This document shows positions 51,507-64,000 of a DNA stretch of 64,000 bases, one piece after another. The translations under genes were made by a program, and so were the position numbers. The first letter of the stretch is position 1. Each line of letters begins with the position of its first letter. This stretch comes from Tubulanus polymorphus. Lineage: Eukaryota; Animalia; Nemertea. The stretch lies in the NCBI RefSeq assembly GCF_964204645.1, contig NC_134033.1:764131-828130 (forward strand). The letters run 5' to 3'. The notes beneath the pieces were generated by a model. That model saw only the letters and a program-made list of their open reading frames with translations, did not search any database and was not told the DNA's origin.

Positions 51507-54289
51507 GATTGTGATAGGAAAACATTCTAACATGTAACTACGCGTAACCATGTTACATGTACATGTTCCATGTACATGTAACCATCGATTTCAAATTTGA
51601 TTCATGCAACTGATTTCATACGTCATCTGATGCTGTATTTTGTCGAGATATATTTGGTTGACGAAAAGTGGCTTAATTACATCAGCAAACTGCAGAATTT
51701 CTTTTCTATTGCGTCTGGCAAATCCGGTAAAATCCACCGAATTACTCATTAATTCGTTTAATTTGTATTTATCTCGGATTTAGCTTTAACTCACAACTGT
51801 GCAACCGGGTCCAGTATGTTTATCCCCGTATCAACGCGGTGAACCATTCGTTTCGGGATTCGAACCAAACGGCAGAGTAGAAATTTTGAATTATTTCTGT
51901 TTAGGAAATAAAGGTTAGGTTAGGTTTAAGCTTAGTCGAACAGATGACGGACCCTAGTTATAGCAAACTGAAAAACAGTAGACTCAATCTTAACTCGAAT
52001 CGATTGTGATCTCAGTGATTTGTGTTTGAATTCCAATTAAACAACGGAAATCTGATTGCGAGCATTGAATGTAATGATTCCAATGTTTTCGGAGTTTCAA
52101 TGCTTATTCGACTTGAAGAGATTCGAGTTACGAGTGAATACCTGGAGTAGTTGAATAAAACGTTTTCATCAGTTTATTATCTTTGGATATGAATATATCC
52201 GAAAAATGACATCCGTGGCGTTTTCTAAGAACCACCCAGTAGAGTTTGGATGCTGTAACGACGCTTTGCTCATCCGCTGGTGCTGTATAAGGACTTCTCC
52301 GCTGGTTCAAGGTTCCGATACCGATACATTTGACAAATGTTGTGTTCCTCTAGGTAAGTGAAGTGTTTAGCCATTTGAAATAGTCAAACCAATACAGTTT
52401 ATGATAACGAGGGTCCACTGTAGTGCGGGCATCAATCTATAACCAGGAACCGCCTCTTCAGACATTAACCATTTACAGTTTTGATTTGCGGATAATCAGT
52501 TTTTGAAAGTGTGCTGATTTCAATGTATATGTTTGGTGTTTGTATAGTTATTGTCTCGGGTGTAACCCGGTGGACCCAGTTCCACTCATTGAAAATAAAC
52601 TAATCACAACTCAGAGTTAACTCTAACTCACAACTGTCGAACTGGATCCTGAGAACACGTGGTACGTGTAGGGACATTCAATCACAAGGATTGTTGATAT
52701 CGACTGTCTGAAGATGGTTCATGGTTCCGGCAGCAGATTGATACCTACATTTATTCAATAACTGTTTAGAATCAATTATTACATGCCGATTAGCGGTCAC
52801 TTCTATTACGATATCGTGTATTGTAGACGTGTCTAAATGCTATCTATCACAACCGCCTTTTCGGGGTCTTCACCGTAGATTCGATTCCCACATTCCATCT
52901 ATTTAGAATTTCATTATCTATTCAGAGCTTCATCGATATAACATTGACTTTCAAAATAATACTTTATCAATAACCATTTCGAATTCTCTTGAACTACGAG
53001 CGGTTTCTGTGTTAGGGAAACTCAGCCCTTTGGGATTTCTAAGAATAGTTACCTAAACCAGACTTAAATTGCATAAACCCAACTCTATTTAGACTGTATT
53101 TCACGAACACTTTATTTTTCATAAATCACACGCAATGAATTTCAGTATTTAAACCTCGCATATCTTCAGGTATTCAACCTCCTCACAGCTACGACACCCT
53201 ACAAAACAAATAGTATCTACATCTTAAAACTATGCAAGGCATATTTATGAAAAGGTGGTTGTGATTGTTTAGACACGTCAGTAACCCTAACACCCTAAGT
53301 GACCACTAACAACTCGGGTCCTAACCCTAAACCTAAGCGGAACGCTGTCCCCAAACTATGTGGAACAACATCACGGAAGATGGAGAAACAGCTGCAATGG
53401 ATGAAGGCAAAACGGCGCCGGTAGAGGGAGACAGGGTATTTCGTGTGCACTCATGTGTGATGATGCCTGTAGTGTGATGACTAAGCTGATTAGACCTAAG
53501 GTAGGTTGACTGTAGTGGCAAGGTGTTAGGTCTGGTAAACGAGGGGATCATCTGTTGGTCGTAAATTGCAAAAACCATGTTAGTAAAAAAAGTCTATTTC
53601 TGTCATGAATTCGCCGGCGGGCCGGAGCGTTGTCCTGTGCCCACCGAGATAACCTCCTCAGTCTCCTGAGAAAACTCTGCGACAAGTGTAAATTCAGCGA
53701 AGGCGACATCTGTTGCGTTTTTTAGAACCACTCTTCGTAGTAACCACACTCTCCGGAACCGGAAACTTACACATTTGTAACATTATTACAATAAGAAGCC
53801 ATTTCGTGAAATAGTCAAACCCACACTTCATATAACCATTACTACTCGTTATAACCCGTTTAATCGTCCTTGACCGATCAGATATATCATTCATAATTCT
53901 AGGCGAGCAGACGATCAAAACTAATTTGAATCATTATGGTTCAGTACAAAATGTGATTTATGTTTCACAAACAAGTCTATAATTCGACTACTCTCTCAGG
54001 CGCTGTATAAATGTCTCGGACGATTGAACCGGTTATAAAGTCGGTTTGAAAAAATCCAATCTTACATTAGAACTACTCTTAACTCAAAGCCTTTAATCCG
54101 AATTTATCAATTTGAATTTGAACTAATGCAACAAGTTAAGGAATATCAAATGACTTTGTTTAGCTCGAATCATCGCTTCAATTCAAACACAAATCCCTGG
54201 TCATTAATTGATTTGAGTATTAGGAGTCTACTGTGAGTCAGCTGTAATGAGAGTCCATCTGTTTTGACAAAATAGCTTAAACCAAACTT

Positions 54290-54461
54290 AACCTAACCTA
54301 ACCTAACCTAACCTAACCTAACCTAACCTAACCTAACCTAACCTAACCTAACCTAACCTAACCTAACCTAACCTAACCTAACCTAACCTAACCTAACCTA
54401 ACCTAACCTAACCTAACCTAACCTTACCTAACCTAACCTAACCTAACCTAACCTAACCTAA
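54290..54461. repeat. (AACCT)n / (TTAGG)n microsatellite, ~34 units
   Basis: Nearly pure pentamer tract; the left flank resembles the inverted short copy at 51911-51953. Confidence 0.95.
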
Positions 54462-54498
54462 GTTTACAATACGTGAGACAATTAAAATATCTACTCAC

Positions 54499-55620
54499 CG
54501 ATTATTTCGATCTGTGATCTGTTCATTAGAATATACAACATCCAGGTTTCAGTATTCCAGAGTCAGCTATCGGGTGAGGTGGGCGGAGTCAGCAGCTCTG
54601 CTGATTGACAGCAATCCGATCCCGAGGAAGTGAGGAAAGTCCGGTGTCCACTACGTATCTGTTGGTTTAGACGGCAGGTATTGACAGCAGCAATCAGGTC
54701 CCGAGGAAGAAAGGCTCATCTGAAATGATCACCGTTAAAACTTTCAATTTGACTCGATATCGTAATCGGTTACATTCAGTATTAAATCAACTCACCACAA
54801 ATTTCTGTTCGGAGATCTATGGAGTCAACAGAGTCGGTCAGGCGGTATTGACAGCAATAAGATCCTCAGTGAGGAATGACTGATCTGAAAACAACAATAA
54901 TTTAGAACAATTCAATGTTTAATTAAGTATTTGTTGGATAACTGACTGAGATCACCCTTCCCTCTCCCGTGACAGGGAGTTACGGCCCAAATATCACCCC
55001 CTGAACCGGCAACTTCGCAAATCACTCTTTAAATTCTGATGGACCTAATTGTTCTTAATCAATTCCATTTGAAAATCAAGCCTATCGATTTATAAAATCC
55101 TTCATTAGATTCAACTCGCCCAACCTCGCCTGTGGACTGGACATATATACGCGTATATTCAACATATATATCAGGAATTAATCCTCAAAACTGGTTCAAT
55201 TCAAATCGAACACGTATTGCATGATTTCAAAGACCGAGGACACAATATGAATGGGTTCCGGCGGTCGTAATGAGGTTCAATGGACGCGACCACCACTGGT
55301 TAGATAATACCACACTGACCCTGTACATATCTTAACTAATACATTTCAAATATATGAATTGTGAATGCGTACATTAGATATTCTCTATCAGTCCTCAACC
55401 AAACGATTAGAAATATAATTTGATGGTAATTTGTACAGGCGACTACGACACTCTTTTTTACTTGGCGCGGTCCGTTTCTTAGACTGAACGACTGGAATTA
55501 GCTATATCGTCTCAACTTCAATACTTAGTTACATTTAGAAATATATATTATGATTTATATAGTAGTGAATGAGGTATTATAAACGCTTACCCGCTTGCTT
55601 CACTTCCTTGTTCAATATAG
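54499..55620 (-). ncRNA. Putative spliced non-coding or 5'-UTR exons (donor at 55591; exons 54796-54884 and 54499-54719)
   Basis: Strong TTTCAG acceptors and GTGAGT/GTAAGC donors on the minus strand; the internal exons have stops in all three frames. Confidence 0.4.
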
Positions 55621-56325
55621 TACATTTGCATTGAATTTGACCATACAGTGCTGCCACCTTCCTTACAAAAATATTATCAGCCAAACCACTCCAAATGTTT
55701 TTAGTCCGTAGGTTATTAAAAACGATGACAACCTATGAATCCATAGGCTACCGATAGGTGCTGTCTGGATAAATAGGGGCTGTCATAGGTCCAAACTCGT
55801 TTTACTTATGGCAGGGTGTCCTAGGTTCGAACCCGGTTTATTGCTGGAGGGCGGTCCTAGGTTTGAATCCGGTTTACTGATCGATGATGGAGGGGTGTCC
55901 TACACGTAGTAGGTTCACACCCGGCTCACTGCTGGAGGAAGGTCCTAGTCTTCCGAAACACAAATCAAACGATGAATTCTTATTGATCCTGAGATGAATC
56001 TTTAATTCAATTCCTGATAACCATAGTAATTTCCTAATTCGCACAATTAATGCAGATATTCAAAATACGTATCTCGATACACAGAGTAGATATCTATCTA
56101 GGATTACATAGACTTGATATTTAGATTACATAGATTTGACATTTACGTAGATAACACAAACTTAATATATATAGATTACGTAAACTTAATATCTATAGGT
56201 TACATAGACTTGTTTATGTAGATTACATGTATTTGATTCCTAGACAATAACTAGTAGGTCTAACCTACGAGCAATTATGGTCTGACACGCTGACAGGTCT
56301 CACCATGCTATCAGGTTCGAATCCT

Positions 56326-56451
56326 GGGGCCAGTTGCTGAAAAGTAGGTTAAAGATAACCAGTGGATGAATACCATAGCAACAATGAACTTCTAGTCACC
56401 ATGTCAAATATCCACTGGTTAACTCTAACCATCTTTTGAGCAACTGGCCCC
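56326..56451. mobile_element. Harbinger-like MITE (GGGCCAGTTGC termini, CTG flanks)
   Basis: CTG|GGGCCAGTTGCT...AGCAACTGGCCC|CTG, with an internal palindrome. Confidence 0.75.
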
Positions 56452-56706
56452 TGACATGCGGTGGCTCACAGGACCGTAGCAAGAGTTCGACCTACAGTGA
56501 GTTAACTCATATTCAAACTGGAGCACGAAATTGGAACCCGAATTATAGAACTGGTTCCTGAATCGAGTGGCAAACGCGACTATGCTTACAAAGGCCATCT
56601 AACGGATCCACCAGGTGGCTCTAGTAAAGTAGGATTTAAGAATTTGTTTAAAAAGCCTAAAAGCGATTTAAAGTTTATGTATCACTAAAACTCATCACGA
56701 TATTTT

Positions 56707-56926
56707 TTAACCATCCAAAAACTGCCACGCGCCGAAAATAACTCCAACAATTATTATCAGATTCATCCCGTAGATGGCAGCACTGTTACAATAGTTGAAA
56801 TTCTTGCAGCATTTCATCTCGAGTTTAGTTCCTTCGCCATACCGCGTATTGATTTCTGTTTCGTCACATGTCACATGGCATGCAACCCCGTACAAAGTGT
56901 ACATGGGTTTTAGGGTCGGACATTTC
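56707..56926 (-). CDS. Terminal exon of a Ly6/uPAR (three-finger, GPI-anchored) protein; upstream exons not found
   Basis: After a TTTCAG acceptor the exon reads KCPTLK...ACHVTC...MKCCKNFNYCNSAAIYGMNLIIIVGVIFGAWQFLDG*, i.e. a CC-x5-CN motif plus a hydrophobic GPI-type tail. Confidence 0.65.
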
Positions 56927-58334
56927 CTGAAATGGAGAAGGTTTGTAGGTTGGAAATCCCGATGAAGAAATGGCTTCACAATTCGTCGTCCAGAGGTCGT
57001 CCTTCATCAGTCAATTAAGGATGCGAACTCGCTAAAGCCGTTCCGCGAAGCAAGTTCGGGGAGCGATATCGGACCCCTGGCTAGCGAGGATGGTCGAGAG
57101 TTCATCGTCACAATGAAGCGGGCGGGGTGAGATTCGTTGCAGGAATATCCGTTCTTCAAACTAATTGTGACTTCATAAAAAACCGTTACAATAATGTTTA
57201 TATACATTGATACCTAGTACGGGTTCTCAATGAGTCGATGTGTTCTACGTCATCAATATTGTCGTTTCAAAACCATCACAATCGTGGATTTCGACGTTTT
57301 ATTTTGCGCACTAGCCCGCGATATCGTATTAGTTCGTAGAAATTCCGCTAGACGACCGTACGGTGCTGCCACCTCGCTAGTAGAATAAGGATTGACAAAC
57401 GATTAGGTGTAATTTATGAATGTCTTTATTAATTAACACGTTTGAAAGTGGAAATTTTTCAATATTACACCGATTCATTCATAACCAGCTGAGAATGTTG
57501 CATAGATTTGTACAAAGTGAGAGAAAGAGTTTACAGTACGATGTAACAACGATTTTCTTTCTTTTTACATCGACGCACGCGAGTTGTAACGAAGATTTAC
57601 TTTCTACGCGACGGAAAACACGTCTGCTCGACCATGCATAACATATTCCATTACAAAAAACAGATCAATAATCGTATTTACAACAAGACAAGGCACTCAT
57701 AATAACGTTTATACAGAATAAACCGTATCTCTTCCGATTCAAAAATCCTCCGGGACGATTCGAATTTCCGATAAATCTTAATTTTTTTCATACAATCAAA
57801 GTAACTTTGAACAATGTTAACAAACAGACAAACAAACAAATGCAACGTTGTGTGAAGAACGATCCTGAACCTTCATTCAAACACATTCATTAATATCTAC
57901 AAAATAGAGCAGTGGCTCCCTCTGTTAAGAAAGGGTCGCACAATATTTACAATTTCTTTTAACGAGAAACTTTAGGAAAGACATTTTAGTTCAATTTTAT
58001 AATCATCATCAGTTTAGTAATTAAAACAATTCAACGAATTCATTCACACCAGGCACGCGCATCCTGCGCACTAGGTTTAGTAGTTATAACTACAAAAGAA
58101 AGGCATATTGACAAGGCGCCTGTGGCAATGGAGGATCCACCAGAGGCGCTATAGTATAAGCTCATTGTTCATACGTGTTATGTACAATACTCCTGGTGGC
58201 CAATCGAGAAACCAGTTCCACAATATAGACACACTTAGATCTAACTCCATTATAAGTGCGTTTTGATGATATTTACATCGAAAGATTGGCCATAGTACAG
58301 CGGCTATCTACAACAGTCCACCTCGAGTGTGGAA

Positions 58335-60904
58335 TTACACAATTCCTCCACCAGCCGCCATTTGTATTTTGACAATTTGGTCGTATATTTTCAGCGCTGG
58401 TCCTAGTTTTAACGACAATCCGGTGAGAACGTCGTTTCGTTTCATTAACAGCAACGATTTACCGTCGATCTCCTGAAATTATAATATAATCACAATATTC
58501 AGAGGTTCCGATTCTTTACTCTCGGGGAGGTTCCGATTCTTTGCTCTCGGGGAGGTTCCGATTCTTTGCTCTCGGGGAGGTTCCGATTCTTTACTCTCGG
58601 GGAGGTTCAGATTCTTTGCTCTCGGGGAGGTTCCGATTCTTTACTCTCGGGGAGGTTCCGATTCTTTGCTCTCGGGGAGGTTCCGATTCTTTGCTCTCGG
58701 GGAGGTTCCGATTCTTTACTCTCGGGAAGGTTCCGATTCTTTGCTCTCGGGGAGGTTCCGATTCTGTACTCTCGGGGAGGTTCCGATTCTTTGCACTCGG
58801 GGAGGTTCCGATTCTTTACTCTCGGGGAGGTTCAGATTCTTTGCTCTCGGGGAGGTTCCGATTCTTTACTCTCGGGGAGGTTCCGATTCTTTACTCTCGG
58901 GGAGGTTCCGATTCTTTACTCTCGGGGAGGTTCCGATTCTTTACTCTCGGGGAGGTTCCGATTCTTTACTCTCGGTTGGGGTAAGGCGTGATGCTGTTGC
59001 ATTCGCTATCGGTTCTGAACGGCAGGGACCGCAGGGGCAACACTTCAATGACTGGGGTGTCGTCGTGAGGTTAAACGAACAATCCAATAGGGGTTAAAGT
59101 CTGGGAAACCAAGATCCAAACGAAAATGAATTAAGTTAACCCACGAGTTAAAGTTAATACCAGTCTACAAAACCGGGTCCAGGTTCTTATATCTTATATC
59201 TGACCTGATCTCTGAAGTTTTCTGCCTGCACCGTGAATCCGACCTTGGCGATGAACTCGGCTACGTCATCGATCGACCAATCAGCGATTGACACGTGGCG
59301 CAGACGTTCGACGTCGATTCGGTTTAAAAGTTCGTCGATGAATTTCTGTTCGGGTCGCGCTTCAACACTAAACATTCAATAAAACACACGTCCGAAATGA
59401 GATCACGCATTTGTCTACGACAGTTCGGAGAAGTTATAACAGAAATAACATACCCGCAGAAATAATATCCCCGCGAACTTTACTTACCTGTTGTTTTTTA
59501 TTTGGAAATTAGTGGGCGAGTCACAGGGAGTCAACAGACACGAGGAACTTGCAGCTACGAAGAAAAACAAACGATTTTTATTTTTTGATCTTCTTTAGAT
59601 TCAATGCTAAACTGAGAATTATGGAACTGAATCTTGATCTGTAGAACTTGGTGCAGAACTGTGGAACTGAGGCCTGGTCTGTGGAACTGGATCCAGAACT
59701 GTGGAACTGGATGCAGATCTGTGGAACTGGCTCCAGCAACAGTAGAACTGGAACTGGATGCAGATCTGTGGAACTGGCCTCAGTAACTGTAGAACTGGAT
59801 TCAGGAATGCGGGATTGGGTCGCGGGTTTTACCTCCGTTACTGTCCGTGGTCTCCATCAGATCACATCCTAATTCTGAGCAATTCTTACAAACCCACTGC
59901 CCTGAAATAACGTTAAGTCAATTTCATTTATTCAATTAATTAATCTTAGATGTGAAAATAGGCTGGAATTACAGCGTTTGAACGACTTGTTTCTGACCTG
60001 TCGGGTTTTCATCGATCTTTGGTTCATGGCATTGCATATGATAACCTTTATCACAGGCATCGCAGAACAACAACTCGGCCTAGAATTTAAAAAAAATACG
60101 ATTTCTTTGAGCCGCAAATCAGCGATGGATTGATTTTAAGGGGGGTGTTGGATAAACTACTGACCGCATCGCCAGCCTCTGAACAGATACAGCACGTTTT
60201 ACAGTCGTAACACTGCCACGGTGAGTCACGTGCTCTCCTCGCTAGATCTTCACTGTAATTCATACATGTTGGATGCACTGAAAAAAAACATAAATAACAT
60301 TCAATAATCAATAATCCAGTTTCACTTTTGATAAAATAAACATCAGTTGAAGCTTATTGTCATAATCAGTTCATTTTCTGGGATCCAGTTCCACAGTTGT
60401 CTGGGTTTTATATCAACCTAGTTCCACAGTTGTGTGGGTTCAATTTGACTGAACCCAGTTCTACAGTTGTGTGGTTTGATTCTGAATTCAGTTCCACAGC
60501 TGTGAAAGCTTTATGTGACTGTGTATCCAGGTCCACAGTTGTGTGGATTTAATCCAACTGTGGATCCAGTTCCACAACAGCTTTTGATTTTAAGAATTAA
60601 AACTAAATTTAGTTTTCAGATGACCAAATCTCTACCTTCTGTTTGACAATCGGAACAGGTTAACATCTGTTCAACAACCCCGAATCGATTGCATTCCGCC
60701 GTCAGGAAACACAGCCGACATTTATCCTACAAATATATATTACAAAAACAAAAATTTAAATGAGATATCTGTTTGATCAAATTGGCCAATAGAGGGCTCT
60801 GCACTCACCTCGCCCGTGTCGACAGTCGCAGGCAGATTTTCGGGTAGCTGTGATGGAACGATCTTTCCAGATACCTCCCCATTTTTCTTCAAATTTATTA
60901 ACTT
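58335..60904 (-). CDS. Double PHD finger (KAT6/DPF-like) + SAMD1/SAMD13-type SAM protein; 5' end unresolved
   Basis: Exons at 60809-60904, 60636-60726, 60165-60277, 59998-60079, 59833-59901, ~59488-59554, ~59204-59367 and 58335-58472 give CRLC...MLTCSDC..VHPTC...[12 protein letters not shown]...[15 protein letters not shown]...GQWVCKNC and DWSIDDV...[31 protein letters not shown]. Confidence 0.88.
58500..58975. repeat. 25-bp minisatellite, ~19 copies, intronic
   Basis: CTCGGGGAGGTTCCGATTCTTTRCT units. Confidence 0.95.
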
Positions 60905-61566
60905 CTAAAAATATGAATGTAAAATTAAAGGCTTAAAAAGTGTTGACCCGGCCGGCCGTTTATGTATGTACCCTGTACATTACTTTTTAAAAATCATGAT
61001 CAAGCTAACAATAACAGACCCGGCAGTTATAGAAATGAACTGATTACAAATTTTATTGCAGTCTTCAAAAGTGACCCGGCAGATTAGGAGAAACGATAAG
61101 AAATAATTTTCTTGCCTCAAAAAGATGTTTCTAAAAGTTTTGGACACATTAGAAATATCGCGTGAACCACACGACACATTTTATATATACGTGTTGATAT
61201 TTTCAGAACAAAAAGAACTTAACGCATCAAACACAAACCTTATTAATGCCCTTATAGAAAACAGATCGATAAAATATGGGAGAGAGAGATATATAACTTC
61301 CGGTTTGCGTTGAAGCGCAGACACAGGCTGCGCGCGCGGCGCTGAAATTACTGTATGTTCTAACTATCAGTCAGCGAGCGAGCGAACGTGTACCGTGTGT
61401 TTAATTCGATTCGATTTTATCACCTTATCACCACGTGACGACTTAGCCTAGTAATAATTCAATACACAAGAATATAGATCTTAATAAGATATAGCTATCT
61501 ATAGATAAAATAAAGAGTTCCGTCTCCCTAAACATGGTACTTCTGAATCAAGTCGACATATAACAT

Positions 61567-62040
61567 AAGTTCTGTCCACCCTACTCGGTACTGGTCAAGT
61601 TCTGTCCACCCTACTCGGTACTGGTCAAGTTCTGTCCACCCTACTCGGTACTGGTCAAGTTCTGTCCACCCTACTCGGTACTGGTCAAGTTCTGTCCACC
61701 CTACTCGGTTCTAGTCAAGTTCTGTCCACCCTACTCGGTACTGGTCAAGTTCTGTCCCCCCTACTCGGTACTGGTCAAGTTCTGTCCCCCCTACTCAGTA
61801 CTGGTCAAGTTCTATCCCCCCTACTCGGTACTGGTCAAGTTCTGTCCACCCTACTCGGTACTGGTCAAGTTCTGTCCCCCCTACTCGGTACTGGTCAAGT
61901 TCTGTCCACCCTACTCGGTACTGGTCAAGTTCTGTCCCCCCTACTCGGTACTGGTCAAGTTCTGTCCACCCTACCCGGTACTGGTCAAGTTATGTCCACC
62001 CTACTCGGTACTGGTCAAGTTCTGTCCACCCTACTCGGTT
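61567..62040. repeat. 30-bp minisatellite, ~16 copies
   Basis: AAGTTCTGTCCACCCTACTCGGTACTGGTC units. Confidence 0.95.
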
Positions 62041-62968
62041 CTGAATACTCGTAAATCAATAAAATTCAACGCCAAGAATAGAAAGTCTGAAATGTTTCCT
62101 TGAGCTAATGTAGTTGATTCAACGTTTCGACTTTATCCGAATAGTAATCTTCAAGTTTACCGTGTATTCGAACTAGTGTAGTTTCGACTAAAGTTTAATT
62201 CATATACAGAATTCTACTGAATTTTCAGTCGTCTTGTTAGTATACAGGAATTTTGGGACGGGGATTTAAGCCATTACAGCGCGCTAGTAACAACCGGCCT
62301 AGGCCTATTATTATATATATATATATATATATATAAATACATTCGTACATAAAACCGGGAAAATGAAAGTTCTAACAGCGATATACACCGTGCGTGGCGT
62401 ATATAGATATTATTGAAACAGCGAGTACAAGTTGTTGTACTGCGAGTCTCTACAGTGTCAGCACAGTTATAGAGAACCCGATCATTGATTGGTATATAAC
62501 CGCTATAAAACCGCTTCTGGTTTTACCTCCAGAACATATCAGAATAAAACATTTGGAATATCTATCGGAAAACACTTCCACCGGACGGACCTAATTTCAT
62601 GAATTTATATACAGGGGATGCCGAGGGGTGGGGGTACGCAAGGCCCTCCCCCCCGCGGCCCGGAAATCCGCACGGTCATTGCGGTCAATTCGCCCACAGA
62701 TCGGCGATATTGTAGCTAGCTCCCCAAATCACATCCCCGCTTAGACATTCCCCGAAACATATATACAACCGAAAAATACTACCCCGCCCAGAAATACAAC
62801 CCAGACATAACATTATGCGTCGGTTGTATTTTTGTATATCTGATAATAAAGGCTAAATATCGGGGATATTTTCGAAGAAGGAGTTCATCGTTTAAACCGC
62901 TAAAATAAAAAAAAATTAAGCGTATTCGAAAACAGTTTAAAATTTCTCGGTTGAAGGCGAGGCGCGAG

Positions 62969-63069
62969 CCTCTCCGCGCCTCTCCGCGCCTCTCCACGCC
63001 TCTCCGAGTCTCTCCGCGCCTCTCCGCGCCTCTCCGCACCTCTCCGAGTCTCTCCGCGCCTCTCCGCGC
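62969..63069. repeat. 10-bp repeat (CCTCTCCGCG)
   Basis: About 10 copies. Confidence 0.9.
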
Positions 63070-64000
63070 ATTCCCAGAAATCAGGGTTTTATTTCTGAGC
63101 AGCGGCTTTACTCAATAGATTGAATTCAAAAACCTCGAACCTGACTGGAAAAATATCGAAATAAATCGGGGGCGATATTTCTGAATCCCGATTCCTGACT
63201 CCAATATACGAAAAAACCGTGGCGAATAATTTAATATCTTCAATTTATTTTTCCATTTCAACCTTGGGCTGCGGGGGGTGCTGCACAGAAACACCGTAAC
63301 AAACACGTTCGATCTCGGAAAAATTGTCACCGAAACAGCATGTTTCTTGTTTCCGCGCCGTTGATACGACCACCACACGACGGGTAGAAGCATTGTAGCG
63401 GAAACATTGTTTCTGTTTCCTGTTTCTGCGTTTCCCCGCGTCGAGTGCGTTAGTTTTTATACCCAAAAGGCGGATCTCAGGATTCTTTGAAGTGGACCTT
63501 TAAATTTGGTACCTTATTTGAAAAGGGCACATAATATGGCAATACGAGGGCAAGCAAAACATTGATGGAGGTTCTGGTGGTCCCCCCCCCACGGAGGATT
63601 CTGGACAAACAGAGGCTTTTCTCGCCCTTATCTCTCATCACGGCCCATCGGATTTATTTGTTAGTCTTTTAAAATTCTTTTGGCCGATCACCTGCTTCAT
63701 ATCACGCGGAATAGTTCGCCGCGGACTTTGCCAACACGACAGACAGCGCTCCTTGTTGTACAAAGACCGGCCGCATAATGTGTTGTAAAATTTAAAAAAA
63801 GCTCGATTTTATAGACGCGCGACACAGACGACTTCAGCTTGTACGACGCGTATATACCCAGCGTTCAGAACGGACTGTAATAGTGCGCGTCATAGCAATG
63901 AGTAAAACATGCGTCGTCAATTCGCATATTCCCTCAAGAGAATTAAAAAATAATCCAACTGCAATAATTCCTATATATCACATTCCTAATTCCCCTCACT

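Noticed and set aside
53281-53340. Telomerase RNA template (CTAACCCTAA)
   Set aside because: Several degenerate AACCCT words typical of repeat ends; no pseudoknot or H/ACA features recognised.
54290-54461. Interstitial arthropod-type telomere (TTAGG)n
   Set aside because: The flank matches a short dispersed repeat copy at ~51911-51953, so microsatellite expansion inside a repeat is the simpler explanation. It is not evidence of taxon or chromosome fusion.
56980-57012. Hammerhead on the minus strand (CTGATGA...GAA)
   Set aside because: No pairing stem II and no GAAA/NUH geometry.
58500-62040. CRISPR-like arrays (also 27400, 31101, 49601)
   Set aside because: Head-to-tail repeats without unique spacers, in eukaryotic DNA with no cas genes.

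Overview
Intron-rich invertebrate (metazoan) genomic DNA; the taxon cannot be fixed from the sequence. From left to right: (1) a ~4.06-kb tandem duplication joining INTS4 exons 1-2 to the 3' exons of MFSD1, cut off by an intron-containing, frameshifted hAT-type transposase; (2) two paralogous 5-exon genes for an unrecognised ~132-136 aa secreted six-cysteine protein, one carrying an antisense intronic 5x69-bp array of minimal hammerhead-ribozyme motifs; (3) a 7SL/SRP RNA gene head-to-head with WDR44; (4) two tandem signal-peptide-bearing, maize-PAO-like polyamine oxidases; (5) four tandem ~3.5-3.8-kb non-coding units with VNTRs and a hypervariable patch; (6) putative minus-strand non-coding exons, an orphan Ly6/uPAR-type last exon, and a double-PHD + SAMD1-type SAM gene with no visible in-frame AUG. 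Many MITEs and minisatellites are present. Gene models were built by eye from GT-AG sites and protein similarity recalled from memory, so they need confirmation.
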